Source: a virus
Lineage: Duplodnaviria; Heunggongvirae; Uroviricota; Caudoviricetes
Virus record (IMG/VR): IMGVR_UViG_3300028666_000024
Coordinates: 64,001 to 128,000 of that record
Strand: one strand, 5' to 3'
DNA: 64,000 bases
Shown: in pieces, positions 19,467-28,542 of the stretch
How positions within the stretch are numbered: position 1 is the first letter of the stretch
Layout: each line of letters starts with the position of its first letter
Translations under genes and position numbers: made by a program
Notes under the pieces: model-generated
What the model saw: only the letters and a program-made list of their open reading frames with translations
What the model was told of the DNA's origin: nothing
Database searches by the model: none

Positions 19467-20013
19467 CTTCAGAATGTCCATTATATGTTAAAATTTTTTC
19501 TAACTGTTCTTTTGAATATCCTATCTTCATTAAATACTCAAGTGCTTCCTTCTTTGACATTCCACCCATAACACTTGCACCTACATCATTCATCTTAAGT
19601 GTCTTCAATGCAATCTGTTTCTTATGTTTGTCAAATATATCTACAGACTCTTTTATTCTATCAATGTTCTGTATTTCTTTTCCTGATATTTTCTTATTGT
19701 CTGCTCCTGCATATTTCTCTTCTTCTCTCTTCTCTTCCTTTTCAATTTCATAATATTTGTCTTGTTGTTCCAAATCGGCAAACTCAGTATAATATTTTGG
19801 ATGTTCTTTAAGATGTGCCTTTACAATCATATCAAAAAATGTATCTTCAGAGAATGGAAGTTGATAATCATTGTCTTCAGCCCAATTTTGAAGTTTAGTC
19901 CAAATATCCATATGCTCAGATTTTTCATCTTCAAGACCTAGAGATACTTCCCTTGGATCAAAATCTTCCTTATTACCGGCAGTATTTTCATCAATATACT
20001 GTGAAAATTTCAT
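19444..20013 (-). CDS. Tagged acidic protein with DUF5661-like module
   Basis: MKFSQYIDE start; EVSLGLEDEKSEH...KAHLKEHPKYYT resembles the phage G..VEMEH..HL.E.P.YY motif. Confidence 0.55.
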   Translation of the reverse strand: MKFSQYIDENTAGNKEDFDPREVSLGLEDEKSEHMDIWTKLQNWAEDNDYQLPFSEDTFFDMIVKAHLKEHPKYYTEFADLEQQDKYYEIEKEEKREEEKYAGADNKKISGKEIQNIDRIKESVDIFDKHKKQIALKTLKMNDVGASVMGGMSKKEALEYLMKIGYSKEQLEKILTYNGHSEDEISKIL

Positions 20014-20031
20014 AAAATCCCCTTTAATAAG

Positions 20032-20039
20032 TATTTATA
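20032..20039 (-). promoter_or_regulatory. T4-type late promoter
   Basis: Exact TATAAATA upstream of the 20013 start. Confidence 0.8.
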
Positions 20040-20047
20040 ATTTTTAC

Positions 20048-20076
20048 TTGCAAGTTATTCCGGCATGAATTATATT
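20048..20076 (+). promoter_or_regulatory. Sigma70-type early promoter, class A
   Basis: TTGCAA-17 nt (CCGGCATG)-TATATT, back-to-back with the late promoter. Confidence 0.7.
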
Positions 20077-20145
20077 TATTATATAACTTAAAGAGGATAA
20101 TTTATCATGCGTTTCATATCACGATAATTATATTTCTTTATAAAT

Positions 20146-20400
20146 TTGGAGACTATTATGAAACAAAAATTAAAGAAAACTGGTGTAAGGATATTTCCCA
20201 ATCAACCAAGACTTTTATTAGGTCGTGAAAAAGTTGTTGAATTATCTATTATAAGAGAGCAAATTAGAGCGTATCAACAATTTATTGAAGATATAGAAGA
20301 GTTTAATAATTTTGATTCAGTTTTACGACAAGGAGAATGGCAAGAATCTGGTATAAGACAACGTGAATGTTTTAGAAAAAGTGTTTCAAAATTTTATTAA
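20146..20400 (+). CDS. Hypothetical protein
   Basis: 84-aa ORF first in the early island; the start may be the ATG preceded by GGAG near 20158. Confidence 0.5.
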   Translation: METIMKQKLKKTGVRIFPNQPRLLLGREKVVELSIIREQIRAYQQFIEDIEEFNNFDSVLRQGEWQESGIRQRECFRKSVSKFY

Positions 20401-20433
20401 TTCTTTATAAATATTTCAAAAGGATTCTAAATC

Positions 20434-20796
20434 ATGCCGCGACCAATAACCTGTTGTATTTGTGAAACTCACCTTGGAGAAATCTCAGGAAAGATTCGAA
20501 AGGATACTTTTCAAATCTGTGGAAAGTGTCTTGGAAATATTGGAAAAATTCCTATTGATCCCTTCAAAAAACGTGGTATTGTTCACATGCCGATTAATAA
20601 TCATATTATAGTTGTCGGTGATCAATTCAGAATCAAAGGCGAAAAATTTGAATCTCAGTGGGTTGATGTTGATGAAAAATGTCCCTTCGTAGGTGCTAAC
20701 TCAGCAACATTCACAAAATTTGAATTTCGAAGAACCATCAGGAAAGCACCAATCTCTTCAATTGAAACTGTTGTTGATTTTGTGGGACGAAATTAA
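20434..20796 (+). CDS. Hypothetical protein with N-terminal Zn ribbon
   Basis: CCICE...ICGKC; RBS AAGGA. Confidence 0.6.
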   Translation: MPRPITCCICETHLGEISGKIRKDTFQICGKCLGNIGKIPIDPFKKRGIVHMPINNHIIVVGDQFRIKGEKFESQWVDVDEKCPFVGANSATFTKFEFRRTIRKAPISSIETVVDFVGRN

Positions 20797-20815
20797 CCAC
20801 CTAAGAGGCTCTACA

Positions 20816-21151
20816 ATGGTAGCAAAATCTAAAAGACTCCAGAGTAAGTCTAAAGCAACAAAGTCTCTGGCACCGGGAAAGGATAGTATGATTACACCCG
20901 CAAAAATACGTGCTCTTCTCCACAAAAAGGGAACTCGAATACAGATGGTGTGGGCCTTTCGGAGTCATCCATACCTCAATTTAAAAAGGGAGGTGATAGG
21001 GTGCGACAAGACATCGTGTGAGTTTTCAAACCATGCTTGGATGCCGTTTCCAAAGGACAGTGAAATTCATGTACTTTCAGATACAATGTTTCAGATACTC
21101 GACCATAATGGACGGCGAGCGTTTGAATATATTATTGAGGAGGGATTCTAA
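20816..21151 (+). CDS. Hypothetical basic protein
   Basis: Likely start MVAKSK at 20816 after AAGAGG. Confidence 0.55.
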   Translation: MVAKSKRLQSKSKATKSLAPGKDSMITPAKIRALLHKKGTRIQMVWAFRSHPYLNLKREVIGCDKTSCEFSNHAWMPFPKDSEIHVLSDTMFQILDHNGRRAFEYIIEEGF

Positions 21152-21153
21152 GG

Positions 21154-21234
21154 ATGATTTACCAAGGCAATTACGGTTTTACTATCGAATTGACACTGGC
21201 GCAGGCACAGTCTGCAACACACCGTCGTCGGTGA
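21154..21234 (+). pseudogene. 26-aa remnant resembling a module of the 25385..26731 protein
   Basis: FTIELTLAQAQSATH vs FEIEMTLEQAESCSH. Confidence 0.35.
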
Positions 21235-21330
21235 TAAATTTTGACATTACCGCTGTCTAAACGTCTTTAAATTTGGTTTTGTCGATTGTTCTAAAAAATG
21301 CCTCGGAAAATTCAGTAGTTGTTATAAATC

Positions 21331-22944
21331 TTATTGATTCCAAACATATTTTAGACTACCAGAATCATAAATCCTATAATATCCTCGTTCTAACATAATC
21401 TCTTCTTCGGTTTTGTTTGGGTCTGCTCCCTCTGCAACTAACACAGATTTTCTAAAATTGAATCTGTTAAGTCTACTTCCTGTTCCTTCTTTAATATAAT
21501 AATAATTTTGTTTTGTTGAACCGTGAAATTTAAATCCTAAAACATCATATAAAGTCTTGTTGTTATTCATACTCCAACTTCTATCGGCATAACTTATAAT
21601 TTCTTCTGGATTATTATTCTTGATAAAATTTTTAAAAAGTTTAGAAGCAGCACCAATAACATTTGTATTTAATTTATTACAAAATCTATAAAGTTCAAAA
21701 CTCCGATCTTTTGCATCTTTTCCAAGAGATTTTCTAAAACTTCCAAATGTCATTAATGAAACCAACTCTTCGTTGTAATATAATCCTAACCTGATTTTAG
21801 AATTTACATTACCTTGCAAATGATTTTCTTCTAAAAATACTTTAGAATCTTTTGAAAAAACTTCTTTAATTTCACAATTTCTTGCAAATATTTTTTGAAA
21901 AGAATTTTTAAGAAGATTTAAAAGTCTTGATTTTACAATACTTTGTTTATAAATCCAATCATCTTCATATATGTGAATAAGATGAATACCAAGTTCTTCA
22001 GCCTCGTTTGTTTTATATGATTGAGAAAATACATCATCATTAAATTTTTCTGAATGCCATATTAAACCGTTATATTCTATTGCTAATTTTAAATCTGGAA
22101 GATAAATGTCAAATTCTTTTTTACCAGATAAAATATTCTTTGTGTTTTCTAAAATTACTCCTAAATAGTTTTGTTTTATAAATTCGTAAATTTCTTTCTC
22201 AGCACTTGAAAATTTCTTTTGAAGTGGGTTGCAGTGAATACATATTTCATTATTATTTTTCTTTCTTAGATTAAATAACTGCCAACGCATCTCAAACTCT
22301 TTTTCACACTTTAAACACCTAAATAAATACCAATCTTTTTTACAATCTATTAATTTAAGTTTTAAATTGTTTTCTATAATCTGATTTTCAACATATTTAA
22401 AACGTTTTGTATTGTAAAAATCTTTTAAACTATTTTTAATCTTATCAATATTTGTATATTCTTCATCCCCATACTTTTTAAATTTTGTTAATCTTATTTG
22501 TTTTTCATTTCTATAAAATTCATTACCATATCTTTCAAATTTTGTTGCTTTTGCAAGTTCTACACTATTTTGAATTTCTTCATCTGATTTATTTTTCCAA
22601 GTTTCTTTTAATGCTTCTTTATTTACATAATTTCTATCACCATACTTTTTTTCTAAAGTATCTTTGATTTTCTTTTTAGACTCTGGATTTTTAGCAGAAC
22701 ATGCCGGGGAACAATGTTTAGAATAACCTATAGTGAATGTTTGATATGGAGTTTCTTTATTACAAACAGGACATATACCTTCACCATCTTCTTTATAAAA
22801 TCTGTCATAATAATCTTTAGAAGTTTTACAATCAGGATGATATTTTCTAAGATGTCCGATTGCAAAAGTTTCAATAGAATATTTTGTTTGTTGATTGCAA
22901 ATTTTACAAAATATTAATTCTTTGGAGGATCTTTTATATTCCAT
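21331..22944 (-). mobile_element. Hef-like free-standing homing endonuclease gene (PD-(D/E)XK)
   Basis: Zn-finger N-terminus (CKIC, CPVC, CSPAC), KKEFDIYLPDLKLAIEYNGLIWHSE, EDDW, C-terminal RIYDSG; directly after gp23. Confidence 0.8.
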
Positions 22945-22987
22945 TACAATAATATACCATATTATTCTGAAGAAATCAAGGATAAAT

Positions 22988-23016
22988 AAAAAAAGGACCG
23001 ATTTTTCAACCGGCCC
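22988..23016 (-). terminator. Intrinsic terminator of major capsid gene
   Basis: Minus strand GGGCCGGTT-GAAA-AATCGGTCC followed by T7. Confidence 0.85.
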
Positions 23017-23047
23017 TCAACTTTCGTCTTCTATACTACCTTCAGTC

Positions 23048-24448
23048 TTAGATACTAGACTGAGCGGTAAAGGCAAGATCAGTGGCATTTGCACCAGCAA
23101 TCAGGTTACTCATATTGAAGAACGGAATCAATCTGTAGTACCTTCCAGCACCAAGCAGGTTAGTGGTCAATGCATAACGCGAAAGAACACCAATGTTTGG
23201 AGCGTGAGTAAGAGGGTCTACGGCACGGTCAGTCAAACCCATTATGTAGGGGCTGAAGATTACACCAGCATCGTCAATTCGTGGTCCCTTAAAACCAACA
23301 AGCGCCATCTCAGAAGTACAGTACATATCATGGTAAACATCGATGTAGGAATTAACCTTACCGATTGAAGTCATGACCTGAGTAGGATTAACATTTGCAT
23401 TCAAAGTAACGAACGGATGTCCAGCACCCTGCAACGCTGACGCAATACCTGAACTCACTACGGCAAAGTTACCAGCACCACGCCGAGTTTTCTTCGCAAT
23501 CATATTCGCCTGATAGACGATAGACGCGATGATGTTCATATACTTCTCACCAGACCACCGACCATCAATACCAGTTCCGTTTCCGGTCAGGTCGATAGCG
23601 TTAATAACAGCACCACCGTTTGTAGTATCAACAGCAGCATTCTTAACAGCAGTGATAATCTCTCTATCCATTTCAGCAATAATTTCGTACTGAAGGAAGG
23701 TAATCATCTCTTTCTCAATAGACAAACCCTGCATAGCCTGAATGTCCTGAGCAGCTTCCAAACTATATGACGCAGCAAGCTTACGTTCCTGAGCGTAAAT
23801 TGACTTCTGGTCGATATGAATCTTCAACTGAGGCCAAGCACCAAAACCAGTGGGAGGAGTAATAGTTCCAGAGGTAGAAGTCAACGGCCACACACCACCA
23901 CTCAAAGTCCAACCTTCAGCAGCACTTGTTGCAGCACCAGTTGCGGAAGTATCACCGAAACCAGTATTAGCAGAAGTGTTAACCCCACCACGCAACGCAG
24001 CGGAAGTCCCAACGCTTGAACCAGTGTAACCAGCGTATTGCTGAACGGCTTCCCATGCAGCTTCGTTATTTGAACCGTCATTATACATTACTCTCAAAGC
24101 GTAAGCAAGTCCGTAAGGAGTGCTCATAGCCTGAGTTCCAACAATCTTATTTGCAAACAAATCCGGGAAAGTTCTACGCATCAAAGCCAAAGAAATGGGT
24201 TTGAAGATGTATGAACCACTATCACCGGCTCCATCAGTATATCCACCGGCAGTTCCTGTATTAATGCTACCAAAAGCTGCTTCTCTTAAAAGTTGTGAAC
24301 CATCCAACCGACCGAGGTTATCCTGATTCTCAAGCAACTTCGCCATATTTCTCTTAATATTGTAATCACCAATATTTTTAATAGAGAGTTTACCAACATC
24401 CTTACTCTCCCATTTTTCAATCAACTGTGATTCGTTTATCATTTGCAT
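23048..24448 (-). CDS. gp23: Major capsid protein
   Basis: LIEKW, AKLLENQ, LMRRTFP.L.A..IVGTQAM..P, RKLAASYSLEAAQDI.A.QG, AEMDREII, FSPY, SRYAL. Confidence 0.95.
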   Translation of the reverse strand: MQMINESQLIEKWESKDVGKLSIKNIGDYNIKRNMAKLLENQDNLGRLDGSQLLREAAFGSINTGTAGGYTDGAGDSGSYIFKPISLALMRRTFPDLFANKIVGTQAMSTPYGLAYALRVMYNDGSNNEAAWEAVQQYAGYTGSSVGTSAALRGGVNTSANTGFGDTSATGAATSAAEGWTLSGGVWPLTSTSGTITPPTGFGAWPQLKIHIDQKSIYAQERKLAASYSLEAAQDIQAMQGLSIEKEMITFLQYEIIAEMDREIITAVKNAAVDTTNGGAVINAIDLTGNGTGIDGRWSGEKYMNIIASIVYQANMIAKKTRRGAGNFAVVSSGIASALQGAGHPFVTLNANVNPTQVMTSIGKVNSYIDVYHDMYCTSEMALVGFKGPRIDDAGVIFSPYIMGLTDRAVDPLTHAPNIGVLSRYALTTNLLGAGRYYRLIPFFNMSNLIAGANATDLAFTAQSSI

Positions 24449-24483
24449 AATCTTTTTCTCCTTGAATTTAAAACTTCATTAAT

Positions 24484-24491
24484 TATTTATT
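24484..24491 (-). promoter_or_regulatory. Variant late promoter AATAAATA upstream of gp23
   Basis: One mismatch to consensus, in the gp22-gp23 spacer. Confidence 0.5.
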
Positions 24492-24535
24492 ATCTTATTA
24501 CAAAACATTTTGTAATATTTTACAACTTTTACAAA

Positions 24536-25327
24536 TTAGTCAAGAAAACGGCTTGCCATACTATAGAAACTATTCTCTTCATTCTCTTTGATTACTTTCT
24601 TTTCAGTCTTAATATTATCATCTTCTGAAATTACAGTATCAATAGTTTTCTTATCACCTTGAGTTTTTCTGGTTTCCTTTGATTCTTTGATCAACGACAC
24701 AAAGTTATCAATCTGTCCCTTTACTTCCTCAAACTTCTTATCCTTAAACATGGTAACAACTCTGTTTTTCTGAGTTTCAGTCAATCCATCAACCTTTTCA
24801 GAAATCAACAAGAAAGTTGCAACTTTATCCTTACCCTCTTCAGCTTCCATCTTACTAAGAATTGCTTCAGAAAGTTGTTTTTCAAGATTACCAATTTTAT
24901 TTGTAGACTCTTTCAAAGCCTTAGAACCATCACTATCAAGAGTTACATAATGCTTTGCAAAAACTTGTCGAATTTCTTCAACAAGAGGACTCAAAATTCT
25001 ATCAGTCGCTGCTGTAGTAATTGCATCATCGGAAATTTGTTCAGTGATAATATGATCGAAGAACCCATCCAACCGAGCAACGATCTTACCTTCAAGTTGA
25101 TCCATCTTCCCATCATATGACTCAATCAACGAAGCTTGAATTTTTGCAGTCTCTTCCGCAATTCTTTTCTCACAATACTTCTTAGAAAGTGCATCATACT
25201 CTTTCTTGATTTCCTCTTCGCGTAGAGCAACTGAATCTGTTACTTTCTTAGTGATAGCGGCTTCAAAAACTTTTTGATCCTCTTCAGAAAGAACTTCTTT
25301 AATTTTATCTGCAATCTTTTTATCCAT
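24536..25327 (-). CDS. gp22: Prohead core scaffold protein
   Basis: LSEEDQKVFEAAIT, long coiled coil, VDGLTETQKNRV; directly upstream of gp23. Confidence 0.85.
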   Translation of the reverse strand: MDKKIADKIKEVLSEEDQKVFEAAITKKVTDSVALREEEIKKEYDALSKKYCEKRIAEETAKIQASLIESYDGKMDQLEGKIVARLDGFFDHIITEQISDDAITTAATDRILSPLVEEIRQVFAKHYVTLDSDGSKALKESTNKIGNLEKQLSEAILSKMEAEEGKDKVATFLLISEKVDGLTETQKNRVVTMFKDKKFEEVKGQIDNFVSLIKESKETRKTQGDKKTIDTVISEDDNIKTEKKVIKENEENSFYSMASRFLD

Positions 25328-25356
25328 CTTTAAAATCTCCTTTGTGATTCAATAAG

Positions 25357-25364
25357 TATTTATT
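25357..25364 (-). promoter_or_regulatory. Variant late promoter AATAAATA upstream of gp22
   Basis: AATAAATACTT context matches the other late promoters. Confidence 0.55.
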
Positions 25365-25384
25365 ATATTAATGTTTTTTACTTT

Positions 25385-26731
25385 CTATATCCTATCAAAC
25401 AATGATATACCTGATTGTTTTTTTCCAAAACTCTTGTTAAGTTGTTTTGCAATTTCTTCGGCAGTTCCTTTTATTTTAAGATGTTCAATATAAAATCTTT
25501 CATCATTTTCTACTTCAAACCAAACCTTATCAGTTCTATTACCAATCCGAACCAAAGCATACGGACCTTGATATTTATCAAAAGGTCTAATCTCTTTAAA
25601 ACGTAACTTCCCATTAGTAAGATTTGAAATCTCTTCACAAACACTTTTCAACTTTTGTGCAGCTTCATAATATTCTCCACCTTCTTCAATATCATTCGGC
25701 CCCATCTCACCAGATTCATAAAGATTATTAATATTTCTATTTAAAAATTCTTCCGAAGATTCTTTTATACCTTCAAAATTTTCTCCATACAAATCTTTTA
25801 TATTATTATTTAAAAAATCTTTAAAAGACATATTTGAAATAGATTCATCTACCTTTTTATAATCTTCAGGATTTATAGAACCCTTAACGGTTGGATTTGC
25901 TTCCCATGCTTCTTCAGGTGTATCATAACCTAAACGCTTTGCAATTCCATAAGTTTCACAATAACTTTCAAACTCTTCAAAATTTTCATACTGATCTTGA
26001 AGTTTACCTTGCCAATCTTCAGAAATATTTTGAACTGATTCATTCTGAGTGTGATATTCATCAGAAATATTTCCAGCAGCAATCCAAAGAATACGTATGT
26101 AATTTTCTTCTTCATCACTTAATTGTTCTTCATCCCAAGATCCATACCCCTTCAATTCTTTCTTAATATCTTCGGGAGAAATTTTTTCAAGTTGATTTTT
26201 AATCTCTGGATTTTTTAACAATTCTTCAACATCCGAATCACATTCACCTTGATGTGAACACGACTCTGCCTGCTCTAATGTCATTTCTATTTCAAATCTA
26301 TTAAAATGAGCAACCTGCATTCCTTGAGGATCATCAGACTTTTCATCATCATCTCTGTCTGATTGTGGATTATCAAAATTCTCTTCTTCCCGGTCAACAG
26401 CATGTTCAAAATTATCGTCGTATTCATCTTCCATCAAAAATCTTCCGGCAATTTTATATCTCTCTTCCATATCAATTGTTCCCTGTTCTTCTCTATTATC
26501 TTCAAAAGAAATATCTTGTGGATCTACCGCTATTCCGAACATATCTCTTAAATCTTCTGCAAGACAATCTTTAAAAGCATCTTTGTCATTCTTATAAAGA
26601 TATTCATAAGAATCAGCAACTTCTTCACCAATTCTTTTAAACTCAATTCCACCGTTTTTTTCAACAAGTCTAATTTGTTTCAGTCTTGAATCTATGGTAA
26701 ACTTATTTCCATCACAATAAACGTTAATCAT
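25385..26731 (-). CDS. Acidic multi-module protein between gp21 and gp22 (putative core/internal protein)
   Basis: 448 aa, very D/E-rich, contains IAGRFLME and many I/L/V-x-E sites. Confidence 0.6.
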   Translation of the reverse strand: MINVYCDGNKFTIDSRLKQIRLVEKNGGIEFKRIGEEVADSYEYLYKNDKDAFKDCLAEDLRDMFGIAVDPQDISFEDNREEQGTIDMEERYKIAGRFLMEDEYDDNFEHAVDREEENFDNPQSDRDDDEKSDDPQGMQVAHFNRFEIEMTLEQAESCSHQGECDSDVEELLKNPEIKNQLEKISPEDIKKELKGYGSWDEEQLSDEEENYIRILWIAAGNISDEYHTQNESVQNISEDWQGKLQDQYENFEEFESYCETYGIAKRLGYDTPEEAWEANPTVKGSINPEDYKKVDESISNMSFKDFLNNNIKDLYGENFEGIKESSEEFLNRNINNLYESGEMGPNDIEEGGEYYEAAQKLKSVCEEISNLTNGKLRFKEIRPFDKYQGPYALVRIGNRTDKVWFEVENDERFYIEHLKIKGTAEEIAKQLNKSFGKKQSGISLFDRI

Positions 26732-27417
26732 TATAGTATACTCCCTGAATTAATTTGAATGTCTTCTATAAATTTTACAAAATATTGCTTTGCAAGTTCT
26801 GAAGAGTATTTCTTATCCATACTTTGTTTGAGATTTGAAACTGCACGTTCAATAAAAATATCACCGTTAAGATACCATTGTTTTGATTCCATGATTGACT
26901 CACAGAAGGAATTTGTATTTGATGGGTTCATAACTACATCAACTGCTGCAATCATCAATCCTCTTTTTACTCTTCCATCATCTCCTAACTCGCCAACACT
27001 TCTAAAACTAACCCCAACAGGACAAGATTCTTTTATAAGACCTCGAACAACTTTTGCAAGAGGAAAACACTCCTCATCTAAAAGTCTAGCAACTCCATAT
27101 ACATTATTATCTTTTTCATCCTTAAACCCCAAACTTTCAATACATATCACAGCTCTCTCAGGATTTAGGTTAGGATCTTCGGGATGCGATAATTCTCCGT
27201 AACTTCTTCGTCTTTGAATATATTCTTTATCATAAATACCAATCGATTCATCTAATACATCTCTACCATAAATTCTATTGTTTTTATTCTTCTGTTCTGC
27301 TGTGATAAAACTTCCTTTAAGTTTATATCTTTTCTCTGGTTTTCCGTCAATACTTATATCTTCTGTAAAAACAGAAACATTATTTTCATCTGTAATTTCT
27401 CTTAGTAATATTCCCAT
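26731..27417 (-). CDS. gp21: Prohead core protease
   Basis: LKGSFITAEQKNKNNRIY, YGELSHP, GVSFRSVG, AVDVVMNPS. Confidence 0.92.
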   Translation of the reverse strand: MGILLREITDENNVSVFTEDISIDGKPEKRYKLKGSFITAEQKNKNNRIYGRDVLDESIGIYDKEYIQRRRSYGELSHPEDPNLNPERAVICIESLGFKDEKDNNVYGVARLLDEECFPLAKVVRGLIKESCPVGVSFRSVGELGDDGRVKRGLMIAAVDVVMNPSNTNSFCESIMESKQWYLNGDIFIERAVSNLKQSMDKKYSSELAKQYFVKFIEDIQINSGSIL

Positions 27418-27427
27418 AAGTTACTCC

Positions 27428-27598
27428 TTATATCCTTTTCAACAAATTTTCAAAACTTATTTTCAAACTTTGTAAATCATTTAAAATATCTTCAAAATTT
27501 TTCTTTTGTAATTCATCTTTTGAAAATTTTTCTATTTCCTCTTTTAAAGTTTTGATAGAAATAGATAAACAAGTTTCTACCAATTTTAAATCTTTCAA
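27428..27598 (-). CDS. Possible 56-aa ORF with TTG start (not in ORF track)
   Basis: Open frame filling the gap between the gp67-like ORF and gp21; no clear RBS. Confidence 0.3.
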   Translation of the reverse strand: MKDLKLVETCLSISIKTLKEEIEKFSKDELQKKNFEDILNDLQSLKISFENLLKRI

Positions 27599-27604
27599 AA
27601 TTTA

Positions 27605-27781
27605 TTAATCTTTCGAAGCCAACATTTCAAGAACCTGTTCATCTGACATACCATTCATCTTCGCCAGAATAGAAGTCTTTCTATCGGTAATTTTCTCTTC
27701 AATTTTTTCACCAATCTTTTCTTCAAGATAGGACTTTAGAGAAACTAAATCGTTATCCAAAATATTTTTAATTATACTCAT
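27605..27781 (-). CDS. gp67: Prohead core protein gp67-like (58 aa, not in ORF track)
   Basis: MSIIKNILDNDLVSLKSYLEEKIGEKIEEKITDRKTSILAKM resembles T4 gp67 (IKSNDLV..RK); GGAG RBS, own late promoter, syntenic between portal and gp21. Confidence 0.7.
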   Translation of the reverse strand: MSIIKNILDNDLVSLKSYLEEKIGEKIEEKITDRKTSILAKMNGMSDEQVLEMLASKD

Positions 27782-27802
27782 TTTAAATCTCCTTTTAAAT
27801 TT

Positions 27803-27810
27803 TATTTATA
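27803..27810 (-). promoter_or_regulatory. T4-type late promoter
   Basis: Exact TATAAATA upstream of 27781. Confidence 0.75.
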
Positions 27811-27815
27811 AATTT

Positions 27816-28178
27816 TTAAAATCTATCACTTTCAACATCATTTTCCGAAGGAATATCTGCATAGTTATCATTCTCTACATCATCTTTTTCTTTACTGAAA
27901 TACCAAGCACGAGTACCATTATCACCAGCACTCATATAATTATTATCATATCCCAAAGAATTTACATATTGTTTTCCTTCATCCATAAACCTTACCGTCT
28001 TAACAACATCACCATAACTTTTATACAAATCATCATCGGTAACTATATAAGTGTCATCGTTTATACCTTCTGCTTTATTTTCTGTTGTGCAATGAATCAC
28101 CAAAACACTATCTGGCATATCATCTTCAAACAAATTAGAGAGTAGATTGTTTACTGCTTCATATCTTTTATTAATCAT
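27816..28178 (-). CDS. Acidic hypothetical head-region protein
   Basis: 120-aa ORF between portal and gp67-like gene. Confidence 0.6.
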   Translation of the reverse strand: MINKRYEAVNNLLSNLFEDDMPDSVLVIHCTTENKAEGINDDTYIVTDDDLYKSYGDVVKTVRFMDEGKQYVNSLGYDNNYMSAGDNGTRAWYFSKEKDDVENDNYADIPSENDVESDRF

Positions 28179-28506
28179 TTGAATCCTCTTGTTCTATATT
28201 CTTTTCAAGTTCTACAAATTTTAAAGCTTCATGTTGCAAAACATTTTTAATCTTATTTACAATAATTTCAAAGACTTCTTTTGAATCTTGATCTTCTAAA
28301 CTATCTTTTGAAATTTCTAAAAGAGTCTGGTCTTCCCAAATATTAATAGAACCATCTTTTAAAAGATAAATTCTAAAATCTTTTTTAAGTTCTGATTCAT
28401 CATTTTCAATACCTTCTGTAGTTTGGTCTGGTTTATATTCTGAATCCGCCGGAGCAATTTCCTCAATTAGAAATCTATTTGCAACTTGATATATTTTATT
28501 TTTCAT
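28171..28506 (-). CDS. Acidic hypothetical head-region protein (VANRFLIE motif)
   Basis: 111-aa ORF with RBS and late promoter. Confidence 0.6.
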   Translation of the reverse strand: MKNKIYQVANRFLIEEIAPADSEYKPDQTTEGIENDESELKKDFRIYLLKDGSINIWEDQTLLEISKDSLEDQDSKEVFEIIVNKIKNVLQHEALKFVELEKNIEQEDSND

Positions 28507-28523
28507 TTAAATCTCCTAAGAAC

Positions 28524-28531
28524 TATTTATA
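28524..28531 (-). promoter_or_regulatory. T4-type late promoter
   Basis: Exact TATAAATA upstream of 28506. Confidence 0.75.
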
Positions 28532-28542
28532 ATTTTCTTTCT

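Noticed and set aside
26759-27202. 147-aa plus-strand ORF opposite gp21, and many similar shadow ORFs in the track
   Set aside because: Antisense to well-supported genes, with no RBS or recognisable motifs
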